From Nanobdellota archaeon (GTDB lineage Archaea > Nanobdellota > Nanobdellia > Pacearchaeales > GW2011-AR1): a DNA stretch of 64,000 nucleotides. Position 1 is the stretch's first letter, and every line of letters begins with the position of its first letter. Under the pieces are notes generated by a model. It saw nothing but the letters and a program-made list of their open reading frames with translations, was not told the DNA's origin and made no database searches. Below, piece by piece: positions 37,383 through 46,403 of this stretch. A program made the position numbers and the translations under genes. The DNA is taken from positions 25,945-89,944 of the forward strand of contig JANLHM010000009.1 of the NCBI GenBank assembly GCA_024654565.1. The letters run 5' to 3'.

Positions 37383-39779
37383 ATGGAAAAAAGAAACTCA
37401 GTATTTATTCTTAAATTTGAAGAAATTTCGATAAAAGATATTCCTCTTGTCGGGGGGAAAAATGCTTCCTTGGGTGAGATGTACCGGGAACTTTCTAAAA
37501 AAGGTGTTGACATTCCGGATGGATTTGCAATCACTTCTCATTCATACAACTACTTTCTAGATAAATCGGGATTAAGGTCCAAAATAAAGAAGATAATGTC
37601 AACACTCAATGTAAAAGATTCAAGAAACTTGTCAGCACACGGAAAAAAAGTAAGGGAAACTATATTAAAAGAAAGTCTTCCAAAGGAATTAGAAGAAGAG
37701 ATAATAAAAAGCTATAAAATTTTGTCAAAAAAATATGGGGAAACTTACACTGACGTTGCAGTTCGTTCTTCTGCAACAGCTGAGGACCTTCCTGATGCTT
37801 CTTTTGCGGGTCAACAGGAAACTTATCTGAATGTAAGAGGAGAAAAAGAAATACTTAAGGCTTGTAAAAAAGCATTTGTTTCACTTTTTACAGACAGAGC
37901 AATTTTTTACCGTGAAGAAAAAGGATTTAGCCACTTTGAAGTTGCTCTTTCAATAGGGATACAAAAAATGGTAAGAAGTGACCTTTCTTCTTCGGGAATT
38001 ACCTTTTCTATCGACACTGAATCCGGATTTAAAGACGTTGTTTATACAACTTCAATATACGGACTCGGGGAAAACATTGTTCAGGGTGCAGTTAACCCTG
38101 ATGAATTCTATGTCCATAAACCAACTCTGAAAAAAGGATATAAATCAATAATTTCAAAAAAAATAGGTGAAAAGAAAATAAAGATGGTTTATTCGGGAAA
38201 TGTGGAAAAACCAGTAAAGAATGTTCCCGTTTCAAAAGAAAAGCAAGAGGAATTTTCAATAAGTGACGGCGAAATCTTAAAATTAGCAAAGTGGGCCGTT
38301 ATAATTGAAGACCACTACAAAAAACCAATGGACATCGAATGGGCAAAAGACGGCAGGTCAAAAAAACTTTTTATTGTGCAAGCAAGACCTGAAACTGTTC
38401 AGAGTAGAAAGAATTTGAGTGTTTTAAAAGAATATATTATGCAAAAGAAAGGAAAAGTTTTGACCGAAGGAAAAAGTGTTGGTTCAAAAATTGGTTCAGG
38501 AAAGGTAAGAATAATTAAAGACGTTTCAGGGATTCACTCTTTCAAAAAAGGAGAAGTATTAGTGACAACAATGACCGACCCCGATTGGGTTTCTATCATG
38601 AAAAAAGCTTCAGCAATAGTCACCGACAAAGGGGGTAGAACGTGTCATGCCTCGATCATATCTCGTGAAATAGGTATTCCTGCAATTGTTGGGACAAACA
38701 ATGCAACACAAGTTTTGAAAAATGGACAAGTTGTAACTGTAAGCTGTGCTGAAGGGGAAAATGGATTTGTTTATGCAGGAAAATTAAAGTATAAAATTAA
38801 AGAACATGACCTAAAAAAAATGCCAAAAACAAGAACAAAGGTAATGATGAATATTGGGACTCCTGAGAGGGCATTTGAACAGAGTTTTATTCCAAATGAC
38901 GGAATTGGTCTTGCTCGTGAAGAATTTATTATAAATTCATATATAAAAATACACCCAAATGCTCTAATTAATTTCAAAAGCCTTAAAGACCAAAAACTCA
39001 AAAGAAAAATAGAAGGATTAACTAAAGGATATAAAGACAAAAGGAAATTTTTCGTTGATAAACTTTCAGAAGGAATTGGGACAATCGCCGCTGCATTTTA
39101 TCCAAAAGATGTACTTGTTAGAACTTCTGACTTTAAGTCAAATGAATATGCAAATCTAATTGGGGGAACACTTTACGAACCAAAAGAAGAAAACCCTATG
39201 CTTGGATTCAGAGGTGCAAGTAGATATTACCATAAAAATTTTATTGAAGCTTTTAAGCTCGAGTGCGCAGCAATAAAAAAAGCACGAAATGTCTTTGGAC
39301 TTAAAAACATAAAAGTAATGATTCCATTTTGCAGAACGGTTGAAGAAGGAAAAAAAGTTTTGAAGATTATGAAGTCATGCGGATTAAAAAGGGGAAAAGA
39401 TTCACTTGAAGTTTATGTTATGTCTGAAATTCCTTCAAATGTTTTACTTGCTGAAGAATTTGAAAAAATCTTTGACGGATTTTCAATTGGGTCAAATGAT
39501 TTGACTCAGTTAACTTTGGGTCTTGACAGGGATTCATCAACAATTTCAGGAATAGCAAATGAAAATGATGAATCTGTTAAAAAATTAATCTCTGAAGCAA
39601 TAAAAAAAGCAAAAAAACACAAGAAGAAAATCGGAATATGCGGTCAAGCTCCATCAGACTTTCCCGAATTTGCCCAATTCTTAGTTAAAGAAGGGATTGA
39701 TTCTATTTCCCTAAACCCTGATTCCGTCATAAAAACAACTCTGAAGATTGCCGAAGCTGAAAAAAGAATGAGAAAGTAA
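37383..39779 (+). CDS. ppsA: phosphoenolpyruvate synthase
   Basis: About 798 aa. GGKNASLGEM, the GGRTCHASIISREIGIPAIVG phosphohistidine loop, and the C-terminal PEP-utilising domain GSNDLTQLTLG. The ATG at 37383 is preferred over the track GTG at 37377. Confidence 0.95.
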   Translation: MEKRNSVFILKFEEISIKDIPLVGGKNASLGEMYRELSKKGVDIPDGFAITSHSYNYFLDKSGLRSKIKKIMSTLNVKDSRNLSAHGKKVRETILKESLPKELEEEIIKSYKILSKKYGETYTDVAVRSSATAEDLPDASFAGQQETYLNVRGEKEILKACKKAFVSLFTDRAIFYREEKGFSHFEVALSIGIQKMVRSDLSSSGITFSIDTESGFKDVVYTTSIYGLGENIVQGAVNPDEFYVHKPTLKKGYKSIISKKIGEKKIKMVYSGNVEKPVKNVPVSKEKQEEFSISDGEILKLAKWAVIIEDHYKKPMDIEWAKDGRSKKLFIVQARPETVQSRKNLSVLKEYIMQKKGKVLTEGKSVGSKIGSGKVRIIKDVSGIHSFKKGEVLVTTMTDPDWVSIMKKASAIVTDKGGRTCHASIISREIGIPAIVGTNNATQVLKNGQVVTVSCAEGENGFVYAGKLKYKIKEHDLKKMPKTRTKVMMNIGTPERAFEQSFIPNDGIGLAREEFIINSYIKIHPNALINFKSLKDQKLKRKIEGLTKGYKDKRKFFVDKLSEGIGTIAAAFYPKDVLVRTSDFKSNEYANLIGGTLYEPKEENPMLGFRGASRYYHKNFIEAFKLECAAIKKARNVFGLKNIKVMIPFCRTVEEGKKVLKIMKSCGLKRGKDSLEVYVMSEIPSNVLLAEEFEKIFDGFSIGSNDLTQLTLGLDRDSSTISGIANENDESVKKLISEAIKKAKKHKKKIGICGQAPSDFPEFAQFLVKEGIDSISLNPDSVIKTTLKIAEAEKRMRK

Positions 39780-39872
39780 CTTGACTTCATTATAATTTAA
39801 CTGAGGAACCTTTTATTTTTTCATAAATAATGAACAAATAACTTAAAAAGAACCTTTAATTTTTAATATTAA

Positions 39873-40430
39873 ATGAAAACAAAAAAGAAAAACCTCAAAA
39901 TAGGAATCTTTATAACAGTTATTTTGCTCCTGGGTGTCATGGGGGGAATTGTTCTCTCAAAAGAAAAAGTGACAAAAGTAAAATTTGAAACAAACCACGG
40001 GGACATTGTAATTAACTTGTATTCAGATATGCCAATTACTTCTGGAAACTTTCAAAGCTTAGTTGAAGAAGGTACATATGACAACGTAGTGTTCCATAGG
40101 GTAATTGAAGGTTTTATGATTCAAGGTGGAGACCCGACAGGAACTGGTTATGGGGACCCAAAAATTCCAAACATCCCCGATGAATTCACACATAAAAACG
40201 GAAATAAGAACAACAGAGGAACTATTTCAATGGCAAATGCAGGACCAAACACAGGCTCATCACAGTTTTTCATAAATCTAGTTGACAACAACTTCTTAGA
40301 CTCAAAGCACCCAGTCTTTGGAAAAGTGGTTGAGGGAATGGATGTTGTTGACAAAATTGCACAAGTTGAAACTGACAAAAGTGACAGACCCCTCGAAGAA
40401 GTGAAGATAATAAAGGCAACAATTCTGTAA
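39873..40430 (+). CDS. cyclophilin-type peptidyl-prolyl isomerase with N-terminal membrane anchor
   Basis: FHRVIEGFMIQGGDP, GTISMANAGPNTGSSQFFI and HPVFGKVVEGMDVV. Confidence 0.9.
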   Translation: MKTKKKNLKIGIFITVILLLGVMGGIVLSKEKVTKVKFETNHGDIVINLYSDMPITSGNFQSLVEEGTYDNVVFHRVIEGFMIQGGDPTGTGYGDPKIPNIPDEFTHKNGNKNNRGTISMANAGPNTGSSQFFINLVDNNFLDSKHPVFGKVVEGMDVVDKIAQVETDKSDRPLEEVKIIKATIL

Positions 40431-40440
40431 CCCATTTTAA

Positions 40441-40485
40441 TGCAACATCTCTTTTAGTGCAACATCTCTTTTAATGCAACAATGC
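40441..40485. repeat. 17-bp tandem direct repeat (2.6 copies) upstream of the 40514 gene
   Basis: tgcaacatctcttttag / tgcaacatctcttttaa / tgcaacaatgc. Confidence 0.85.
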
Positions 40486-40503
40486 TTAAAAAGTGTTTTT
40501 CGT

Positions 40504-40579
40504 TTTATAAAAAATGAATAAAGAAAATTTGGAGCGTCTAATTGAAAAAGCAGAAGATTTTGTTATTAAGAAAGGAAAG
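40504..40579. repeat. 76-bp direct repeat, copy 1 (10 nt upstream plus the first 22 codons of the gene)
   Basis: tttataaaaaatgaataaagaaaatttggagcgtctaattgaaaaagcagaagattttgttattaagaaaggaaag is identical to 40848-40923. Confidence 0.9.
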
Positions 40580-40861
40580 GTGAAGAGAAACTCCCATCCT
40601 AACCCAAAAAACAGTGTTTCGGGAGTTCATCCAACCAATACCATTATGGAAGACCGAACCTACAAATCAAAAGGTTTAATTTTAGAATATAGTTCAATTG
40701 ATTTTGGAATCCCTGGAAAGACGGAGAGTTTTTCAATTTATTTTAAAAGACCTTTTAGAAGAAAACAGCTTGTATTAAAAAAATACTGTGATGGAACAAT
40801 TGAAAACTACCTTCCATCTTCTTTAATTAAAGATTTGGAAAAAATTCTTTATAAAAAATGA
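40514..40861 (+). CDS. hypothetical protein, cassette paralog A (115 aa)
   Basis: The first 22 aa are identical to the next gene. A shared central Y(K/R)SKGLIL(E/K)Y and a shared C-terminal (D/E)LEKILYKK are present. Confidence 0.65.
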   Translation: MNKENLERLIEKAEDFVIKKGKVKRNSHPNPKNSVSGVHPTNTIMEDRTYKSKGLILEYSSIDFGIPGKTESFSIYFKRPFRRKQLVLKKYCDGTIENYLPSSLIKDLEKILYKK

Positions 40862-40923
40862 ATAAAGAAAATTTGGAGCGTCTAATTGAAAAAGCAGAAG
40901 ATTTTGTTATTAAGAAAGGAAAG
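40848..40923. repeat. 76-bp direct repeat, copy 2
   Basis: Identical to 40504-40579. Confidence 0.9.
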
Positions 40924-41244
40924 AAGAAAATAAATAAACATTATACTCCAAAAGACAATATTCAAAAAGATTATTTAACCACCACAGAAGACATAACTTA
41001 CAGATCAAAAGGTTTAATTTTAAAATACCGTGAAGCAGAAACGGAGAATGTTCAAACTAAAAGTTTTGAAATAGCTTATAAAAAAATGTTTAAGAAAGAA
41101 AAAACACTTTATAGAGTCAAATTATTCAAGATGGGTAATGAAGAGGAAAGAAAAACTCAAAGCTGGAAGAAAGAAGCCAAATCAGAAAACTATCTTTCTC
41201 CAATAAGTATTAAAGAGCTTGAAAAAATTCTTTATAAAAAATGA
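40858..41244 (+). CDS. hypothetical protein, cassette paralog B (128 aa)
   Basis: ATGA overlap with paralog A. The termini match A while the centre is divergent. Confidence 0.65.
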   Translation: MNKENLERLIEKAEDFVIKKGKKKINKHYTPKDNIQKDYLTTTEDITYRSKGLILKYREAETENVQTKSFEIAYKKMFKKEKTLYRVKLFKMGNEEERKTQSWKKEAKSENYLSPISIKELEKILYKK

Positions 41245-41624
41245 AAATCAAATATTTCAAAAATTATGAAAATTTACATGATTGTTATGTCGGAGAAAAA
41301 AACGGAAAATCTGATTACTTTAATATTGTCTCAATAAGTAAGAGGTTCTTCCACCTCTTTGCAAATGATGAAGGTTCAAGTTTTAGGGATGGAAGGTTTG
41401 ACGGGTTTTACCGGTTAATGAAGGTTGAAAAAAGAGATTTTGATAATTTAAAAGGATTCGCAATAAACAAAAACAGAAAAAAGGGTTTAACCCTAATAAG
41501 AAAATTTCATGAAGAGAATCCAGACCTAAATCCAAATGTTGGAACTGTTGAAGGGGACACTGAAAACTTTGACAGAGAAAAAACTTTTGAATTTTACATA
41601 AAGGCTAAGCCAATTCTTGAATAA
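41241..41624 (+). CDS. hypothetical protein (127 aa), third gene of the cassette
   Basis: ATGA overlap. The same 25-nt junction gaaaaaattctttataaaaaatgaa occurs at the A/B boundary. Confidence 0.6.
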   Translation: MKIKYFKNYENLHDCYVGEKNGKSDYFNIVSISKRFFHLFANDEGSSFRDGRFDGFYRLMKVEKRDFDNLKGFAINKNRKKGLTLIRKFHEENPDLNPNVGTVEGDTENFDREKTFEFYIKAKPILE

Positions 41625-41707
41625 ATATCTATTTTTCTAATCAAAAAGATTTCAAATATTAAGTTAAGTAACATAATCCTTAAAAACATAAGAAACCCTG
41701 GAACCCA

Positions 41708-42169
41708 ATGGAAATTCCAAGAATTCTTAAATATGAAGGTGAAGTTCTGAGTCAAAAAGATGCTTTTTCTAAAATTGAAATGGGAATTATAGGACTCTTT
41801 CATGAGAATTGGGAAAGCCCTCATGAAGGATGCCTGGTAAAACTTAGAAATAAAAACAATGTAATCGTTTTTGCCCCAAACCAAGAAGATTTTGATTACT
41901 CACTCGACAAAACAACTTCATTCAAAAACCACAGATTTTTGAATTGTTTAAGGTGGCAGTTAGGATCATTAAGAGAAAATAAAGATGTCCTTAATCCAAA
42001 AAAAAGGTTCTACAGCGGAGGAAAAGTCGCAGAGTATTACTTCATTAAAAACTTTTTAGTTGTTTCCCCCTATTACCATTCATCGGGGCGTGAGGATTCA
42101 AAACTAATCGCAAAATTAATTGCGTCAGAGAAAAAGTTTCAAGTGGAAAGTTTTAAGGTTATCGAATAA
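41708..42169 (+). CDS. hypothetical protein (153 aa)
   Basis: ORF track; same strand as the cassette. Confidence 0.55.
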   Translation: MEIPRILKYEGEVLSQKDAFSKIEMGIIGLFHENWESPHEGCLVKLRNKNNVIVFAPNQEDFDYSLDKTTSFKNHRFLNCLRWQLGSLRENKDVLNPKKRFYSGGKVAEYYFIKNFLVVSPYYHSSGREDSKLIAKLIASEKKFQVESFKVIE

Positions 42170-42433
42170 TCTCCAATTTAAAATATATGTTCCCCCCGAC
42201 ACATGTACCCCTTTTACGTATAAAAATTTCTTGCTTTACAAAATAATTATTGCTGCGGATTTGGTTTTGCTTAAAATTCTTTGCTCAACAAACAATTTAA
42301 CACCCCAAATATTTATCTTTGACTATTGGATTTACCGTCTGAAAAATTTGTGTTTAGTAATTTTAGAAACAAATAAACGGAGAAACTTGTTGAGAACTAA
42401 TTTTAGAAGCACCTCCCAATTTAAAACAAAAAC

Positions 42434-42442
42434 TTTATATAA
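42434..42442 (+). promoter_or_regulatory. TATA-box-like element for the 42463 gene
   Basis: tttatataa lies 21 nt upstream of the ATG. Confidence 0.45.
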
Positions 42443-42462
42443 GTGAATAATTTAAGATTCAT

Positions 42463-42771
42463 ATGGAAAAAGACATCGGAAAAATTATGAAAAACGATCA
42501 GTCAGACATTGTTTTAAGAATTGATGACTTTGCTGGAAAAAGAGGATTCACAATTCGTGAATTTGTGACTTCGGAAAGGTACACTGGGTTCACAAAAGCA
42601 GGAGTAAGAATTCTCTCAAAAGACTTTCCTAAATTCAAGGAAATGGTTAATTCCATAACTGATGAAGATATGAAAGAAATTGAACCTTCAGAAGATGCCA
42701 AAGAACAGGAAGAACCAAAAAAAGTTACAAAGGGAAAAACAAAACCCAAGGAAGAGCTTCCTGATTATTAA
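42463..42771 (+). CDS. PC4/YdbC-like putative ssDNA-binding protein with acidic/Lys-rich tail
   Basis: DIVLRIDDFAGKRGFTIREFVTSERYTGFTKAGVRILSKDFPKFKEMV resembles the PC4-like pattern (beta sheet, then helix, with K.G(I/V).L..e.f..l). Assignment by eye. Confidence 0.55.
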   Translation: MEKDIGKIMKNDQSDIVLRIDDFAGKRGFTIREFVTSERYTGFTKAGVRILSKDFPKFKEMVNSITDEDMKEIEPSEDAKEQEEPKKVTKGKTKPKEELPDY

Positions 42772-42781
42772 TTTTTTAAAA

Positions 42782-43426
42782 TTATTCAACTTTATAAGAA
42801 ACAACCCACTTAAGTTCATTTATTAAATTTATTACTTTTCTTAGTTTTTTCCCGTCACACTCAACAAGGTATTCCAATTTTTCTGTCTTGTCTCTTTTAT
42901 TTGATTCTATTGTAATCATCTTTATTCTTTTAAAATTTTTAAGAAGTTCATTAAAGTCATTCATATTTTTATTTTTTATTTCAAAAAATATCCTTTTTTG
43001 GTATGAACCAATCCCATTCTTTTTGAAAAAGCCGTCAACCAAAATTATTGTCCAGATTGATAAATATACAATTCCCCCAACAAGGTATTCTCCGACACCT
43101 ATCACAAGTCCAAAGATTGAAAAAACCCATATGCTTGCAGCAGTGGTAAATCCATATATTTTGTCATTTGTTTTTATAAGTGCTCCTGCCCCAAGAAAAC
43201 CAATACCAGTAACAATTGCTCCAAGAAGTGGCAAAGGGTTACCCATCCCAATAATAATCGCAGTTACTGCAAGGCCACATGAACCAATTGCAACAAAAGT
43301 GAAAGTTCCAAACCCTATTGGTTTATGAGTTCTTTGTCGTTGGAGTCCAAAAACCATGGCAAGTATGAATGTTAAAAGCATTCTAAAAATTATAACTAAT
43401 GTATCCATAAATAATTCATAAAACAT
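42782..43426 (-). CDS. MgtC/SapB-family membrane protein
   Basis: FGLQRQRTHKPIGFGTFTFVAIGS plus four further TM helices and a soluble C-terminal domain. Confidence 0.8.
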   Translation of the reverse strand: MFYELFMDTLVIIFRMLLTFILAMVFGLQRQRTHKPIGFGTFTFVAIGSCGLAVTAIIIGMGNPLPLLGAIVTGIGFLGAGALIKTNDKIYGFTTAASIWVFSIFGLVIGVGEYLVGGIVYLSIWTIILVDGFFKKNGIGSYQKRIFFEIKNKNMNDFNELLKNFKRIKMITIESNKRDKTEKLEYLVECDGKKLRKVINLINELKWVVSYKVE

Positions 43427-43461
43427 CCCTATTTAAATTTAAATGTAAAAGAGAAATATAA

Positions 43462-43791
43462 TTATTTTTTGGCCTCAACAAACTCTTTTCCGTCATTCAA
43501 GTAACTTGGCATTAAAGAACTGTGACCAAATTGTATGGTTAAATCAATTCCAAGTTTTTCCATCCCAACAGGGTAATCACATGCCCCGTAACAACTTCCA
43601 AGAAATATTAAAAATTCACAACCGGTTTTTTCCCTTAGGTAGTCAACAATTGCAGTTGCATACTGCTTTAATCCGTCGGGAAACTGGACTAGAACGAGTT
43701 TTGCATTTTCTTTTTTTATTCTCTCAACAGCACCATCTAAGTCAAGACTATATTCCTCTTCAAGGTCAACAACAGTTCTTTCTTTTATCAT
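43462..43791 (-). CDS. dph2: diphthamide synthase Dph2, N-terminal domain only (109 aa; full length is about 330 aa)
   Basis: AKLVLVQFPDGLKQYATAIVDYL...FLIFLGSCYGACDYPVGMEKLGIDLTIQFGHS aligns to domain 1 of archaeal Dph2 (VLIQSPEGL...YGACD...LIHLGHS). A stop follows, and the next gene starts 35 nt later. Confidence 0.65.
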   Translation of the reverse strand: MIKERTVVDLEEEYSLDLDGAVERIKKENAKLVLVQFPDGLKQYATAIVDYLREKTGCEFLIFLGSCYGACDYPVGMEKLGIDLTIQFGHSSLMPSYLNDGKEFVEAKK

Positions 43792-43950
43792 AATAATTCA
43801 AAATAAAAAGGGTATAAAAAGTTGCCGAAGGTTAATAATAGTGTAAATAACCTTTTTGATTTCTCTTTTTTATAAGGTCATCATTTCTTTTTATATTCAG
43901 TTTTATTGCATTGTCAATCCCTTTTGGATTAGTTCGGTATTTGTGTTCAA

Positions 43951-44571
43951 TCATACTTGAATTAAAATGTGCCTTCTGTAATTGAAGCCTTTAGACATTA
44001 AATATCTCTCATGGGCCTCGTGAAGCAACACAAATTTAATTTCCTTTTTTGAAATCCCGTTATCAAGCCATATTTCATTCTGAGGGACAAAAGAATAAAC
44101 TTTGTCATGTCCCCCATCAACAAAATCAATGAAAAATAAATCCCTAACAATCTTTCCATTGACAACCCAAACTTGAAGGTTGTTACTATATTTTTTAAGA
44201 AGCTTTTTATGAATTTTGTCTATTATTTTGTAACTCTCTTTTGATTGTAATTTCTTTATTTTTTTGAACTCTTTATCTTTTTCACGCTCTCTCTTTTGAA
44301 CCCTATTTCCCTCTCTCCATGTAGTGTCATATGAATAGCCTTTTGCCATTAAATTGTGCTCTATCAAAACGTAATCAATAAAATATTTTTCATCATCTTT
44401 ATCTATGCCGTTATCAAGCCACAATTCATTTTTAGGAATTTTCTTAAAAACATAATGCTCCCCACATGTTGTAAACTCTTCATCAATGTTTTTACGGACA
44501 TAACTCCCGTCAACAATCCATACCTTTAAACCCCCAACTTTTCCTATCTCCCTTTTATAAGGCTTCTTCAT
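43951..44571 (-). CDS. hypothetical protein built from two ~90-aa repeats, with HExxH only in the second
   Basis: Repeat 1: LKVWIVDGSYVRK...GEHYVFKKIPKNELWLDNGI...VLIEHNLMAKGYSY. Repeat 2: LQVWVVNGKIVRD...GGHDKVYSFVPQNEIWLDNGI...VLLHEAHERYLMSKGFNY. Confidence 0.6.
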   Translation of the reverse strand: MKKPYKREIGKVGGLKVWIVDGSYVRKNIDEEFTTCGEHYVFKKIPKNELWLDNGIDKDDEKYFIDYVLIEHNLMAKGYSYDTTWREGNRVQKREREKDKEFKKIKKLQSKESYKIIDKIHKKLLKKYSNNLQVWVVNGKIVRDLFFIDFVDGGHDKVYSFVPQNEIWLDNGISKKEIKFVLLHEAHERYLMSKGFNYRRHILIQV

Positions 44572-44654
44572 AAAATGTAAAGGGAATCCATTCTTATAAA
44601 ACTTTTTTAAAACGATTAAGAAAGATTTTTAACTTTGGTTTTACAATTTTTTCT

Positions 44655-46394
44655 ATGAAACAAAACATAAGGCAACCGATAATTACTGTAGCAGGTCACG
44701 TTGACCATGGAAAGACTTCAATACTTGACGCTCTTAGAAATACCTCTGTTCAGGAAGGAGAAGCGGGGGGAATTACTCAAAAGATTTCTTTTACTTCTTA
44801 CCCGAAGGAGCAACTTAAAAAAACATGCCCTTTAATTGAAAAATCAGGAATAAACCTCAACATTCCAGGATTTTTGTTTATTGACACTCCAGGTCACGCA
44901 GCATTTACTAATTTAAGAAAAAGAGGGGGCTCACTTGCTGACCTTGCTGTTTTAGTAATTGACATAAATGAAGGAATAAAACCTCAAACTGCTGAAGTAA
45001 TTCAAATTTTAAAAATAAATAAGACCCCTTTTATAATTGCGCTAAACAAGATAGACAAAATTTCAGGATGGAAAAAGATTGAGGGAGATCTAAAAAATTC
45101 AGTTGAAAGTCAAAACCCAAGAGTAAAAGAAAATTTTACAGAAAAGTACTACACTCTTCAAGGGTCCTTACAGTCACATGGATTTGACCCTGATTTGTTT
45201 TACAACATCACTGACTTTACAAAAAAAATTGCAATTGTTCCATGCTCTGCTCACACAAGAGAAGGAATCCCTGAATTAATCCTAATGCTTGTTGGATTAA
45301 GTGAAAAATTTTTATCTAAAAGACTTGAACTTCATGAAGACCCTAAAGGAGTCATGCTGGAAGTAAAAAAAGAAAAAGCAAATTCCTCAATTGAAGCAAT
45401 ACTTTATGACGGAAAATTAAAAAGGACAGATGAAATTGCCGTTGCTTCACTTTCGGGTGAACCAATAGTCACAAAAATAAGAATTCTTGAAGAAGTGAAA
45501 CCACTCTCATCAAAATTTGCAACTTCTGAAGAAGTTAATGCTTCAACGGGGATAAGGATGCAGTTAGTTGAGAAAACTGAAATACTTCCAGGGATGCCTT
45601 TTGTAAAATTCAAAAACAATTTAAAAGAAATAACAGAACAATTCAAAAAGGAAATCGGTGAATCAATAAAAACTGATAAACACGGAATAATTGCAAAAGC
45701 TGATTCCTTGGGAAGCCTTGAAGCTCTTCTTGTTTTACTTAAACAAAATAATGTGTCAGTAGTGAAAGTTGGAATAGGAGAAATAAACAAGGCTGATGCA
45801 ATTTCTGCAAAAGCAAACCTTGACATTAACGAACTTGATTCAGTAATTGTAGGTTTTAATGTCGGAATAAGTGAAGATTCAAAGGAAATTTCTTCAAAAG
45901 TGAAAATGATCACTAATGACATTGTTTACAAAATTATTGAAGACCTTGTCTTTTGGAGAAAAGAAAAACAAATGGAAATTGAAAAAAAGAGACTTATGGA
46001 ACTTTCGTCAATTTGTAAAGTTGAACTTTTACCTGAATACGTGTTTAGGAATACAAAGCCCGCAATTTTTGGGGTTAGAATTGTTGGAGGAAAACTCACA
46101 AAAAAGATTTCCATGATTGATGAAGATGATGAAAAAATAGGAAATATAAAAAATATCCAGTCAGAGCAAAAGTCAGTTGAAGAGGCTCTTGAAGGAATTG
46201 AAGTTGCAGTTTCAATTCCAAATATAAATTACGAAAGGCAACTCAAAGGAAAAAGATTTCTTTATTCAAACATGGGTGAATCACAATTTAAAGAATTCAA
46301 AAAAAATAAAGACCTTTTAACTGGTTCAGAAATAAAAGTTTTAAAAGAAATTGCCGAGATAAAAAGAAAAGAAAAAGAAGATTGGGGAATGTAA
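44655..46394 (+). CDS. infB: translation initiation factor aIF5B (IF-2)
   Basis: 579 aa. GHVDHGKTSILD, DTPGHAAF and NKIDK G-motifs, plus the typical four-domain length. Confidence 0.95.
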   Translation: MKQNIRQPIITVAGHVDHGKTSILDALRNTSVQEGEAGGITQKISFTSYPKEQLKKTCPLIEKSGINLNIPGFLFIDTPGHAAFTNLRKRGGSLADLAVLVIDINEGIKPQTAEVIQILKINKTPFIIALNKIDKISGWKKIEGDLKNSVESQNPRVKENFTEKYYTLQGSLQSHGFDPDLFYNITDFTKKIAIVPCSAHTREGIPELILMLVGLSEKFLSKRLELHEDPKGVMLEVKKEKANSSIEAILYDGKLKRTDEIAVASLSGEPIVTKIRILEEVKPLSSKFATSEEVNASTGIRMQLVEKTEILPGMPFVKFKNNLKEITEQFKKEIGESIKTDKHGIIAKADSLGSLEALLVLLKQNNVSVVKVGIGEINKADAISAKANLDINELDSVIVGFNVGISEDSKEISSKVKMITNDIVYKIIEDLVFWRKEKQMEIEKKRLMELSSICKVELLPEYVFRNTKPAIFGVRIVGGKLTKKISMIDEDDEKIGNIKNIQSEQKSVEEALEGIEVAVSIPNINYERQLKGKRFLYSNMGESQFKEFKKNKDLLTGSEIKVLKEIAEIKRKEKEDWGM

Positions 46395-46403
46395 ACTTTT
46401 TGT

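Noticed and set aside
40441-40485. Short tandem repeat considered as a possible CRISPR or mini-array
   Set aside because: It has only 2.6 directly adjacent 17-bp copies with no spacers, and no cas genes in the window. This fits a regulatory or slippage repeat, not CRISPR.
42120-42446. 108-aa plus-strand ORF spanning the gap before the PC4-like gene
   Set aside because: It overlaps the end of the 41708 gene in another frame, has low-complexity sequence and no promoter-like box. The gap is more plausibly non-coding.
45404-45922. 172-aa minus-strand ORF
   Set aside because: It lies antisense inside aIF5B, is Ser/Phe-rich, and has no motif. It is a shadow ORF. The same reasoning applies to 22238-22609 (in UvrD), 42888-43328 (in MgtC), 61295-61765 (in aIF2-gamma) and other internal antisense ORFs in the track.
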